Shown piece after piece: positions 37,410-49,893 of a DNA stretch of 64,000 nt (its first letter is position 1; each line of letters opens with the position of its first letter). Source of the stretch: Mobula hypostoma. Taxonomy: Eukaryota. The notes beneath the pieces are model-generated. The model had not been told where the DNA came from, made no database searches, and saw only the letters and a program-made list of their open reading frames with translations. Where the stretch lies: NCBI RefSeq assembly GCF_963921235.1, contig NC_086097.1:152770001-152834000 (forward strand). The letters run 5' to 3'. Made by a program: the position numbers and the translations under genes.

Positions 37410-38750
37410 AATCAGAATCAGAATAAAAGCTGTAAATTACAATAAGGGTATATATAAAATAAAGTAAATAAGTAGTACAAAAAAACTCGAAAAATACTGA
37501 GGAAGTGTTCGTAGGTTCATGACTGATGACAGAGAGAAAGAAACTGTTCCTAAAATGTTGTTCGTGTGACTTTGGCTCCTGTGCCTCCTCCTTGATGGTA
37601 GCAATGAGAAGAGGGTATGTCCTTGGTGATGGGGGTCTTTAATGATGGATGCTGACTTTTTGAAGCATCGCTTTTTGAAGATGTCTGGAATGCTGAGGAG
37701 GCTAGTGCCATGAGGGAACTGGCTGAGTTACAGCTTTCTGCAGCTTTTTCCAATGCTGTGAAGTAGCTCCTCCATACCAGATGGTGGGACAACCAGAAAG
37801 AAAGCTCTCCATGGTACACCTGTTGAAATTTGCCAGGGTCTTTCGCGACAAATCAATTCTCCTCAAAGCATAATGAAATATAGCCCGTGTTGTGCTTTCT
37901 TTGCAATTGCATCAATATATTGGTCCCAGGATAGATCAGGAACACCTAGGAACTTGAAGCTGCTCACCCTTTCCTTTTCTGATTCCTCCATGAGGAATGG
38001 TGTGTGTTCCCTTAACTTACACTTCCGGAAGTCCGCAATCAAATCCTCAGTCTTACTAATGTTGAGTGCAAGGCTGTTGCTGTAACACCACACAACCTGC
38101 TGATCTCACTCCTGTCCACCACTTCATCACCATCTGACATTCTGCCAACAACAGCTGTGTCATCATCAAATTCATAGACGGCGTTTGAGCTATGCCTAGT
38201 CATACAATAGTCATGGATGTAGAAATATGGGCTCAATATGCATTGTTGAGGTGGACCAGTGCTGATTGTCGGAGAGGTCGAGATGTTACTTCTGATCCAT
38301 GCAGACTGTGGTCTCCCACTAAGGAAGTCAATGATCCAGTTGGAGACGAAGGTCCAGAAGCCCAGGTTTTTGATTTTTGGTTAGAACTGAGGATATGAAT
38401 GTATTGAATACTCAGCTGCACTCAATAAGCAGCAGCCTGCCATGAGTATTACTATTGTTCAGGTGATCCAAGGCTGAGTGGTGATCCAATGAGATTGCAA
38501 TCACTGTAGACCAATGGTGACAATAGGGTCCAGGTCCATGCTTAGGCAAGAGTTGATTTTAGCCATGACCAACCTCTCAAAGCGCATCATGCCAGTTGAT
38601 GTGCGTGCCACTGCACGATGGTTATAGAGGCAGCTCAGCCTGCTCTTTTTGGCCACTGATATGATTGTCACCCTTTTGATGCAGGTGGTAACCTCTGACT
38701 GCAGCAGTGAGATATTGAAGATGTCCTTGAACTTTCCAATCAGTTGGTTA
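37410..38750 (-). mobile_element. Rex1/Babar/L2-type LINE RT remnant
   Basis: EFDDDTAVVGR, NSLALNISKTEDLIADFRK, FKFLGV; tail gaatcagaatcagaat. Confidence 0.85.
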
Positions 38751-39412
38751 AATCATTATGGGAGCCATATATAGGCCTCCAAATAGTAGCCAAGATGTGG
38801 GATTTAGATTGCAAAGGCAGCTGGAAAAGCATGTAATAAGGATAATGTAATAATTGTAATGGGGAGCTTCAATATGCAAGGGGATTGGAAAAATCAGGTT
38901 GGCATTGGATTGCCAAACGGAATTTGGTGAATGCCTATGAAATGGCTTTTTAGAGCAGCTTGTGCTTGAGTCTACTTGGGGAGAGACTATCCTAAATTAG
39001 GTGTTGTGTAATAACCCAGATCTTATTAGGGAGCTTAACGTAAAGGAACCCTTAGGAGCCAGTGATCATTATATGATTGAATTCATGTTGCAATTTGAGA
39101 GGGAGAAGCATAAGTCAGATGTATCAGTATTGCAATAGAATAAAGGGAATTATAGAGAAATGAGAAAGAAGCTTGCTCAGGTAGATTGGAGGATGATACT
39201 GGCGGGGATGATGACAGAGCAGAGATGGCTGAAGTTTCTGGGAATAGTTCACAAGGTGCAAGATAGATATGTCCCACAGAGGAAGAAGTTCTCAAAAGGC
39301 AGAGATAGGCCACAGTAACTGAAGTTAAAGATGGCATAAAAGCCAAGGGAAGGGCATATAAGGTAGCAAAAGTGAGTGGGAAGTTGGATAATTGGGAAGC
39401 TTTTAATATCCT

Positions 39413-39707
39413 TTTGTTTTTAGTCGTTAAGTTGAGTCTGGCTCTTCGTGACCTCATGAACCCCTGCACTCAAAACTTTCTTGTTGGAAACTGCCTGTCT
39501 ATGATCCCCCAAGGGCATATGCATTGTCTGAGTAATATTATCTGCCCATTGTAGCCTCTGTTGTCCTCTCCTTCTTTTACCCTCTGTTTTACCTAACATC
39601 AGAGTCTTCTCCAAGGAATGCTTTCTTCCTCATAATGTGACCAAAATATTTGAGCTTTTGTCTCGTAATCAAGCCTCCTGGTGAGGCTTGCTACTTCTTC
39701 AAAGAAC
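39413..39707 (-). mobile_element. BovB-like RTE LINE 3' fragment
   Basis: QKLKYFGHIMR/LEKTLMLGKTEGKRRRGQQRLQWADNI..AGVHEVTKSQTQLND*, matching the BovB C-terminal pattern; TSD taatatcct/taaaatcct. Confidence 0.85.
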
Positions 39708-39924
39708 TAAAATCCTACAAAAGGCAACTAAGAAAGCTATAAGCTGGGAAAAGATGACATAGGAGGGCAGACTAGCCGATAATATAAAGTAGGATACCAG
39801 AAGTTTTTTTCAGTTACATAAAGACTAAAAGGGAGGTGAGAATTAATAAGGGACCACTGGAAAATGATGCTGATGAGGTAGTAATGGAGGAAAAGAAATG
39901 GCAGATGATCTTAATGGGTACTTT

Positions 39925-41944
39925 AAGGAAATAAAAGATAGTATCAAATTAAAAGCTCGTGTACAAAGTCGCAAAGAGTAGCGGAAGACTGGAGGATTGG
40001 ATAAACTTTAAAAAGCAACAAGGAACAACTAAACAAGAAATAAGGAAAGGGAAGATAGAGTATGAAAGTAAATTAGCACAAAATATAAAAACAGATAGCA
40101 AAAGTTTTTATAAATATATAAAGCGGAAGAGGGTGGCTAAAGTCAACGTAGGTCCCTTGGAAGACGAGAAGGGGAAATTGATATTGGGTGATAAGGAAAT
40201 GGCTGAGTCATTGAACAACTATTTTGTGTCCATCTTCACAGTGGAGGACACATCTAATATGCCAAAGAATTATGTCATGGACGAAATGGGAGGTGAAGAC
40301 CTTGATAAAATCATAGTCACTAAAGAGATAGTGATGAGCAAACTAGAGGGTCTAAAGGTAGATAAGTCCCCTGGTCCTGATGGGATGCATCCCAGGGTGC
40401 TGAGGGAATTGGCAGAGGTTATAGTAAATGCATTGGTAATCATTTACCAAAACTCTCTAGACTCTGGGCAGGTCCCGGCAGATTGGAAGACAGCAAATGT
40501 CACACCACTTTTTAAAAAACAATGTAGGCAAAAGACGGGCAAATATAGGCCAGTTAGCTTAACATCTGTAGTCAGGAAAATGCCTGAAGTTGTCATTAAG
40601 GAAGAAATAGCGAAGCATTTAGAGAGGAGTGGCTCCATTAGACAGACGCAGCATGGACTCAGAAAGGGCAGGTCCTGTTTGACAAACTTACTGGAGTTCT
40701 TTGAGGACATAATGAATGCAGTGGATAGAGGGGAACAGGTGGATGTCGTATATTGGATCTCCAGAAGGCATTTGATAAGGTGCCACACAAGAGACTTATA
40801 AATAAGATACGGATGCATGGAGTTGGAGGAAGTGTATTGGCATGAATAGTGGATTGGTTAACCAATAGAAGGCAGAGAGTTAGTATAAATGGGTGTTTCT
40901 CTGGTTGGCAGTCTGTGGTGAGTGGGGTGCCGCAGGGGTCGGTTGTGGGCCCACAGCTGTTTACCATTTACATTGATGATTTGAAAGAGGGGACTGAGTG
41001 TAGCATAGCAAAATTTGCTGATGACACTAAACTGAGTGGAAAAACAAATTGTACGTAGGATGTGGAGAGTTTGCAGAGGGACATAGATAGGTTAAGTGAG
41101 TGGGCCAAGGTCTATCAGATGGAATACAATGTTGGTAAATGTGAGATCATCCACTTTGGAAGGAATAATAGAAGAACAGATTATTATTTAAATGGTGAAA
41201 GATTGCAGCATGCTGTTGTGCAGAGAGACTTGGGACTGCCTGTTAATGAATTGCAAAAAGTTGACTTGTAGGTACAACAGGTTATTAAGAAGGCAAATGG
41301 AATGTTGACCTTCATTGCTAGAGGGATTGAATTCAAGAGCAGGGAGGTCATGCTGCAACTATACAGGGTACTGGTGAGGCCGCTCCTGGAGTACTGTGTG
41401 CAGTTCTGGTCTCCTTACTTGAGGAATGATATACTGGCTTTGGAGGCAGTACAGAGGAGATTCACCAGGTTGATTCCAGGGATGAAGGGGTTAACCTATG
41501 AGGAGAGATTGAGTCGCCTGTGACTATATTCTCTGGAATTCAGAAGAATGAGAGAGGATCTTATAGAAACATACAATTTTGAAAGGGATAGATAAGATAG
41601 AAGTAGGAAATGTTGTTTCCATTGGTAGGTGAAACTAGAACTAGGGGTCATTGCCTCAAGATTCAGCGCAGAAGATTTAGGACGGAGATGAGGAGAAACT
41701 GTTTTTCCCAGAGAGTGGTGAATCTGTGGAATTCTCTGCCCAGGGAAGCAGTTGAGGCTTCTTCACTAAATATATTTAAGATACAGTTAGGTAGATTTTT
41801 ACATAGTAGGGGAATTAAGGTTATGGGGAAAAGAGAGACAGATGGAGCTGAGTTTATGGACAGATCAGCCATGATCTTATTGAATGGTGGGGCAGGCTCG
41901 ATGGGCCAGATGGCCTACTCCTACTCCTATTTCTTATTTCTTAT
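39925..41944 (+). mobile_element. Younger CR1 LINE, 5'-truncated, nested in CR1
   Basis: 280-aa ORF 39959-40801 and following RT ORFs; tail cctatttcttatttcttat. Confidence 0.95.
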
Positions 41945-43784
41945 TTGCATCTGTCTTCACTGTAGAAGATACTAGCCACTGGTCTGTGAGTGTCAGGGCG
42001 CAGGAATGAGTGTCATTGCTATTACAAAGATCTTAAGATTGGTAAGTTGTCTGGGCCAGATAGACTACATTCCAGAGTCCTGAGAGATAACCGATGCACT
42101 GTAAATGATCTTTCAAGAATTACTTGATTCCAGCAAGGTCCTGGAGGAGTGGAAGATTGCAAATGTCACTCCACTCTTTAAGGGAGGAAGGCAAAATGAA
42201 GGAAATTATTATTAGCCTAACCTCAGTGGTGGTGATTTGTTGGAGTCTATTATTAAGAATGAGGTTTCAAGGTACTTGGAGACCAATGAAAAAATAAGTT
42301 AAATTCAGCACGGTTTCTGTAAAGAGAAACCTTGCCTGACAGATCTGTTAGAGTTCTTTGAGGAAGTAACAAGCAGGGTGGACAAAGGAGAGGTAGTGGA
42401 TGTCATTTACTTGGAATTTGTGAGACACATGAGGCTGCTTAATAAGATAAAATCCTCTAGCATTACAGGAAAGATATTGGCATGGGTAAAGGAATAGCTG
42501 ACAGGCAGGAGGCAGTAAGTGGAGGTAAAGGGGGCCTTTTCTGGTTGGCTGTCAGTGGCTAGTGGTGTTTCTCAGGGGTCAGTATTGGGACTGATACTTT
42601 TCACATTGTTTGTCAATGATTTGGATAATGGAATTGATGTCTTTGTGGCAAAGTTTGTGGATGATACGAAGATAGGTGGTGGGGTAGGTAATGCTGAGGA
42701 AGCAATGTGATTGCAGCAGGACAATTTTGAGGAATGGGCAAAAAAGCTGCAGTTGGAATATAAAGTTGGGAAATGTATGTTAATACAATTTTTGTAAAAG
42801 GAACAATAGTGTGGACTATTATCTAAATGGGAAGAAGTTTCAAACATCAGAGGGACTTAGAAGTCCTCGTGCAAGATTCCCAGAAGATTAATTTACAGGT
42901 TAAGTCTGTGGTAAAGAAGCCAAGTGCAATGTTGGCATTTGTTTCAAGGGGAATAGATTATAAAAGCAAGGAGATAACATTGAACCTTTATAAGACACTA
43001 GTCAGGCTGCACTTAGAGTATTGTAAACAGTTTTGGGCCCCATATCTCAGAAAGGGTATGTGGTCATTGGAGAGAGTCCAGAAGAGGATCACGAGGATGA
43101 TTCCAGGAGTTAGCGGGTTAGCATATGAGGAGTGTTTGGCAGCTTTGGGCCTGTACTCACTGAAATTTAGAAGCACGTGGGGTAATCTCATTGAAACCTA
43201 CCGAACGTTGAATGGACTACATAGGGTGGATGTGGAGAGGATGTTTCCTTTGGTGGGGGTATCCAGAATGAAAGGGCATAGACTCAAAATTGAGGGGTGA
43301 CTCTTTAGAACAGAGGTAAGAAGGATTTTTTTTTAGCCAGAGTGTAGTAAATCTGTGGAATGTTCTGCTTCAGACTGCAGTGGAGTCCAAGTCTGTGCAT
43401 ATATTTAAGGTGGAATTTGATTGTTTTCTGATTGGTCAGGGCATCCAAGGATATGGCAAGAAGGCAGGTGTATGGGGTTGACTGGGATCCGGGATCAGCC
43501 ATGATGGAATGGCAGAGCTAACTCGATGGCCTAATTTTGCTCCTATGTCTTAGGATGGTTGGCATAGGCACCATCAGGGCCTGACGCATTGGGAGGATTC
43601 ACTCTCTTGAAAGTCGTTTTGACATTGGCCTCCAGAACAGAGATCACAGGGTCACCAGATGCCTCAGGAATTCACATAAAGGTAGATTTTTTTCATCCTT
43701 TCAAAGCGTGCATTACAGGTGTTGAGCTCATCTGGGACTGAAACATCGCTGCCATTCATGATTTCCCAGCAACCCCCAACTCAA

Positions 43785-44000
43785 TCGTAAGTCAGATCAT
43801 GGGACTATTTTTACAATGACCAATTAACCTATCAACTGGTAAGTCTTTGGACTGTGGGAGGAAGCCAGAGCACCCAGACGAAATCCAAGTGGTCACAGGG
43901 AGAACATACAAATTCCTTATAAACAGGGGTAGGAATTGAACCCAGGGCTCTGGTACCATAAATCATTATGCTAACCACTATACTACTGTGACACTCCTGC
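43785..44000 (-). mobile_element. HE1-like V-SINE
   Basis: ccaattaacct...gtctttggactgtgggaggaagccagagcacccag...gtcacagggagaacatacaaa...ggaattgaaccc (B box on minus). Confidence 0.8.
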
Positions 44001-44059
44001 ATAAGCACTGATTTAAGGGTTGTATTGTTCTATACTGTGAGTGGTAATGAACTTAAGAT

Positions 44060-44490
44060 TGCCAGAAACTACTGGGGAAGTTGCAGGCCAGTGATGTTGT
44101 GGGGATGGAACTGGATTCTCTCACGGTGGTGTCTGAAAAGAGGATGCTGTCTAAGTTGCATGCCATCTTGGTCAATGTCTCCCATCCACTACATAATGTA
44201 CTAGGTGGGCACAGGAGTACATTCAGCCAGAGACTCATTCCACCGAGATGCAGCACAGAGCGTCATAGGAAGTCATTCCTGCCTGTGGCCATCAAACTTT
44301 ACAACTCCTCCCTTGGAGAGCCAGACATCCTGAGCCGATAGGCTGGTCCTGGACTGATTTCATAATTTACTGGCATAATTTACATATTACTATTTAACTA
44401 TTTATGGTTCTATTACTATTTATTATTTATGGTGCAACTGTAACAAAAACCAATTTCCCCCGGGATCAATAAAGTATGACTATGACTATT
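44060..44490 (+). mobile_element. Rex1-type LINE 3' fragment
   Basis: ASDVVGMELDSL..SHPLH..RLIPPRCSTERHRKSFLPVAIKLYN; tail aataaagtatgactatgactat. Confidence 0.85.
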
Positions 44491-44734
44491 AATTCAGACT
44501 TTGAGCATATCCTTGAGTATTTTTCTCTGTCCACCTGGTAATCACCTCCCATGTCAAAGTTGAGAACTGAACGTCTGTTTCACAAATCAAGAATCCGGCC
44601 CAGTTGTTAATTATAAGTGATAGGAGAAATGTCTGACAGCAGAGCTAATCAAAGTATTAAGTTATGTAATAGAATATTCAACAATAAGTCAACAAAGCTA
44701 AGACAGATAAGGTAAAAATAACCTAAGTCACAAT

Positions 44735-45143
44735 AAGATGGCGGCGCACATGGACGCAGTGGCCCCTCGGGGAGTGATAAGTGTACCTAGTGTTTGTTCT
44801 GTTTGTCCTGGACGCATAACATGCAGTCGGAATATGCTTGTTAACATCAGGGCATACTATGTCAGAAAAACTGACAAGTTCTGGGGTGACATGGACAGTT
44901 TACACCGCTATGGACGACTATACTCTGCTTTGGACACTTTTAACTTGCACTGGACACTTATAACTTGATTTTAACTGACATGTGGCTGGTGTGTTTTACT
45001 ATTTATTGTTATGCTTATTATTTAGTGTTGCGTTTGTTATGTTATGATTGCACTGCTCCTGAGAAACGCTGTCTCATTCTGCCCTGCAGAGCTCATGTAC
45101 GGTTAGAATGACAATAAAGTTTTCTGAATCTTTGAATCTTTGA
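44735..45143 (+). mobile_element. Short non-coding retroposon with YY1-like 5' end and LINE-type tail
   Basis: Begins AAGATGGCGGC; ends gacaataaag...tgaatctttgaatctttga. Confidence 0.65.
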
Positions 45144-45507
45144 TAATAATCTAGATTGCCTCTCCTTTACCCAAAATTGAAAAGATTGAAAGAGGGACTG
45201 TATATGGAAACCCATCCCTACAGATTCTTACCATTCAAGTCATGCCCTCTTTTCTTTACTATTATTAGGGAAGAGGTACAGGAGCCTAAAACTACATACT
45301 CAGCAATTCATCCATTCTGCCATCCATAAACACCTCATTATTCCTTTAATTTTGCACCTTTTATTTCTTTTTGTATTTTATAGTAATTCTAAGTCTTTGC
45401 ACTGTACAGCGGCCACAAAACAACAAATTTCATGTTATCAACAGAAATCAGTGATAATAAATCTGATTCTGATTCTGAGATCTGAGTTGGAATCTGGAGC
45501 AAACCGT

Positions 45508-45654
45508 TGGAGGAACTCAGTAAGACAGCCAGTATCTGTGGGAGGAAAGGAATCATCAATGTTTTGGGTTGAAACCCTGATACAGGGTTTCAATCAGAAA
45601 CGTTGATGCATCCTCTCCTTTCACAGATACTGCTTGACTCACTGAGTTCCTCCA
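45508..45654. mobile_element. Palindromic Penelope pseudo-LTR mini-element (~147 bp hairpin)
   Basis: tggaggaactcagt/actgagttcctcca, cagtatctgtg/cacagatactg, centre ttgaaaccctg-ata-cagggtttcaa. Confidence 0.8.
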
Positions 45655-46536
45655 GTGTTGAAGTATTTTATTTGCACCCTTCAGATTGTGCTAGGCATAA
45701 GGACCTGTTCAACCCTTACCCTATTCTTTGAAATAATGGGTGCAAATTCTTTCACACCTCTCTGAGTAAGTGAATGAAGCTTTGCATTTCATCTCAAAAC
45801 CAAACTGTTCAGAAGGGTTCTGGAGTGAGAGTTGGGAATGTATGTTCAAATCGTTCAGATAAGTCTTGAACCTATAAGGCATCGTCAGTCTCAATGACGG
45901 GGAACCACTGAACCAAGATTGACACCTAACTGCAGAGACAGATGCAACACACAACCAAAACTCTTTTGTTTTATATGATATCCATACATTGTTCATGAGA
46001 TTTTTAAATGACTGAATTAAATAAATCTTCAACCATTTTAATTTTCCAGTGTTTTTTTAAATTCACCCTGGGTTGTTTTTTATATGCTTAAGGTAAGGGA
46101 CAAAATGCTTTTGCAAATATTCATTACATGTCGCACAAGCTTATTTTCCCAACCATGGTAATTAATTTGCATTATAATGGAAACCATAAAGGCACCCCAT
46201 GACATGATCATTAATATATGCCACGCATGATTATAATTGTCTTGTTGCAGACAATCTGTCGCTGGGTGTTTGTCTTATCACTAGGACACAGAACAGCTGT
46301 TTGCACTCTGTCACTGTCTTTAACACCTTGGCAATTCAAGTGACCCATTTCAAATTTTTCAGCTAAATAATTGGAAGTATTTTATAAAGTTGAGCTCATC
46401 AAGATGAGCAGGGTGGAAGATTGAGCTTTTTTTGGCATTTCTGAAAATTTGATGAAAACTTAAGTTGGCTCTCAACAAATGTGCAATTGAAAATGTAATT
46501 CCAAATCAGTGAAAGATTTTGAGATATTCTTGAGAA

Positions 46537-46750
46537 GAAGAGAAGAAAGCCCTTAACTCTGAGTGGAGTCATCGGGACGCTGTCGTGATGGCATTTTTTC
46601 AGCAGGCTTTCTTATTTTTATGAGGCCGAGTTGCTAGCTCGATGCTCAACCTAACATGGATGGAAAGCGTGCAAAGGAGTCGGCTGGATTCAAACTCGGG
46701 AGCCTTCACTCCAAAGTCCGGCGCTGATGCCACTATGCCACCAGCCGGTT
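46537..46750 (-). mobile_element. tRNA-derived SINE with 13-bp TSD
   Basis: Minus strand A box TGGCATAGTGG and B box GTTTGAATCC; (CTT)-type tail; TSD atattcttgagaa at 46524-46536 and 46751-46763. Confidence 0.85.
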
Positions 46751-48214
46751 ATATTCTTGAGAAATGAGCCTAATTGTTTCTCTTGTATTAACCAAAAATA
46801 TGCCTCAGCATCTTATTGGTTTATGTTCCATCCCATCTTGTTTTTGCAGGGAATATAGAAATAGATAACATTCTTTGAAGGCATAATAGGGTAAGTGATG
46901 TAAGAAGATTATCTCTGGCTGGAAAATCTAGAACCAGAGATTATGATCACAACAAAAGGTTGCCATTAAGAGCAGTGATGATGAGAAATGTCTTTAAAAT
47001 CAAAATCAAAATCCAGGTTATTGTCATATGCCCAAGACCATGTATGTACAGGTGCAGTGAAAAACTCACTTGCAGCAGCAGCACAGGAACAGAGCATCAT
47101 ATAAGCAGCATTCACAAGAAAAAAAGCATAAATTATGCAGTTTTGTACAAGAACAAACAAAAGTAGAACAATATAAAACCACAAAGTCCATTTTAGTACA
47201 GAGTGATCCCAGACATCATAGTTTTGCTCTGTACTGGGGTAGCAATTATGGTTGTGCCAGTTAGTGCAAGAAGAAAATGGTTGAAGGAAAGTAGTCACCA
47301 TGAGTTAAAAAAAATAAAAGATTGAAATATGTTTTTGAAATATACTATTCAGAATTCTTTTGAGGCTTGACAGGGTAGGTCCAGAACTGACGCTTGCTCT
47401 GGTTGGTGTTCCTAAAACAAGAAGACACATTCTCTAATGTATCAGACTGCAAAGATTTTTTCACCTAGGAGGTGATAAATCTTTGGAATTCTGTTCTAAA
47501 GAGTATTGTGTACATTTAAAACAGGATTGAGAATTCATAGATATAAAGGGAATCAATGATTATGGAGATAATGGAGGAATGGGGTACTCAGGAATAAAAA
47601 GTAACGTGACTTTATTGAATGAGAGAATAGGCAAGGAAGGCTGAATGGCCTATTCTTCCTTCTAACCTGTATGGTACTTATGGTATTACTTCCTATCATG
47701 CCCCTTCTTCAAAAAAGTTATAATACTCATACAGGCTCCTCACTCAGCATGCTGAGTGAGGCCAAACAATTATTTCTGATTAGTTTATCCAGTGTTGATC
47801 CCACATTTTTTTGCCTTAACCTAAAGTCCAATGTGGTTACTTCGTCCTTTCGTTACACATTTTACAATTTAAGGTTTTAAATAAAGTTAAATGATTTGAA
47901 GATTTATTTTCTAATGTATAATATAAAATCCAAGGACATAATAAGCTTACTAAAAGAATTAGTGATGTCTCAATCAAAGCATTTTATGTAGCATTGAGCT
48001 TCACACCATGGAAATAATATTTAGATGGAACAATCTAGAATCATCAGGATACTGACTGTTGTATGGTAACTACATTTTCACAATTGGTTAGCAACATAAT
48101 TGCTGCCATGAGAAAGCACCTGGCATCCTTAGGAAAATTTATTCTTTCCTAACATAAAACCTACATTAAGTCAGAATAGATTTACCAGCCACCACCACTC
48201 CTCAACTTAAGTAC

Positions 48215-49893
48215 AAAGCTCCAAGTTCAAAAAAATTTATTTTCAAAGTGTATATATGTATGTGTCACCATGTACAATCCTGAGATTTGTTTTCTTGTGG
48301 GAATACTCAGTAATCCAATAATCATAATAGAATCAACAAAACACTGTACCCAAATAGACAGATAACCAGAGTGAAAAAGACAAAAAACTGCAAATATGAA
48401 GGGAAAACAGAAATAATAATAATAATTAATAAATAACCGATAAGTATTGAGAACACAAGATAAAGAGTCCTTGAAAATGAGTCCATAGTTGGTGGGAACA
48501 GTTCAGCGATGAGGCAAGTGAATTTGAGTGAAGTTATCCACTCAGGTTCGAGAGCACGGTGGCTGAGAGATAATAACTGTTCCTGAACCTGGTGCTGTGA
48601 GTCTTGAGGCTCCTGTACCTCCTTTCTGATAGCAGCACAGCAAGAAGAGAGCATGGGTGACCCGAGCAGTAGCGATCCCTGATGATGGGTGCTGCTTTCC
48701 TGTGACAATGCTTTGTGTAGATGTGCTCAATGGTGGGGAGGGCTTTACCCATGATGGACTGGGCTGTATCTACTGTATTTCTTTTTATAGGATTTTCCAT
48801 TCACGGGCATTGGTATTTGCATACTAGGTTGTGGTACAGCCGATCAATATACTCTCCACCACACAGAAGTTTGTCAAAGTTTTAGATGTCATGCAGAAAC
48901 TTTGCAAACTTCGAAGGAAGTAGAATTGCTGCTGTGCTTTCTTCACATTCACAGTTATATAATAATAACACCAAGGGATTTAAATTTATTGACTCTCTCC
49001 ACCTCTGAGCCTTCAGTGAGGACAGGCTCATGGACAGCTCCTTTCTCTTGCTGAGAATGAGTGAGAGGTGGTTGATATGATACTGGTCAGCCAAAGTTTC
49101 AATCTCCTTCCTATATGCTGATTTGTCATCACCTTTGATTCAGTTAACAACTGTGGTGTTGTCAGCAAACTTAAATATGACATTGCAGCTGCGCTTCGCC
49201 ACACAGTCACAAGTGCAAATTGAGTAGAGTAGGGGGCTAAACACACAGCCCTGTGGTGCACCTGTGCTGATGCAGATTGTAGAGGAGATGCTGCCAATTT
49301 GAATTGACTGGGGTCTGTAAGTAAGGAAATCGAAGATCCAATTGTACAAGGAGGTATTGAGGCCAAGCTCTTGAAATTTATAGATCAATTGTGAGGAATG
49401 ATGGTATTGAATGGCGAGCTGTAGTTGATAAAGAACATTCTGATGTATGCAGCTTTGCCACCCAGATGTTCCAGGGTTGAATGAAGAGCTAATGAAATGG
49501 CATCTGTTGTAGACCTGTTATGACAGTGGGCAAATAGGAACAGATCCACATCTCTTCTCAGGCTCATCACCAGCTCCTCAAGACACTTCTTGTGGATGTA
49601 GGTTCTACTGGATGATAGTTATTGGGTAGGTTACCACGTCCTTCTTAGGCACTGGTATAACTGAAGCTTGCTTGAATCAAGTGGGTACCTCAGACTGCCA
49701 AAGTGAGAGGTTAAAGATCTCAATAAACACTGCAGCCAGTTGACCAGCACAGGGCTTCAGTACTTAACCAGGTACCTTACCTGGGCCAAATTCTTTCCGT
49801 GGGTTCACCCTCCTGAAAAATGCTCTCGTGCCAGCCTCAGAGATTATAATCACAGAATTATCTGGGGTTGTGAAAGTTGGTGATATTTTCTCC
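48215..49893 (-). mobile_element. Rex1/Babar/L2-type LINE RT remnant
   Basis: [66 protein letters not shown]. Confidence 0.9.

Larger units (their letters stand above)
38753..43552 (+). mobile_element. Older CR1 LINE (38753-39924 and 41945-43552) hosting nested insertions
   Basis: APE remnants (gcctccaaatagtag, ggagccagtgatcat) then RT remnants (QGSVLG, FVDDTK); cttaatgggtactt...ttgcatctgtcttcactgtagaagat rejoins as LNGYFASVFTVED. Confidence 0.9.

Noticed and set aside
46680..46750. Functional tRNA gene
   Set aside because: A/B boxes run into a SINE body with tail and TSD; no convincing cloverleaf.
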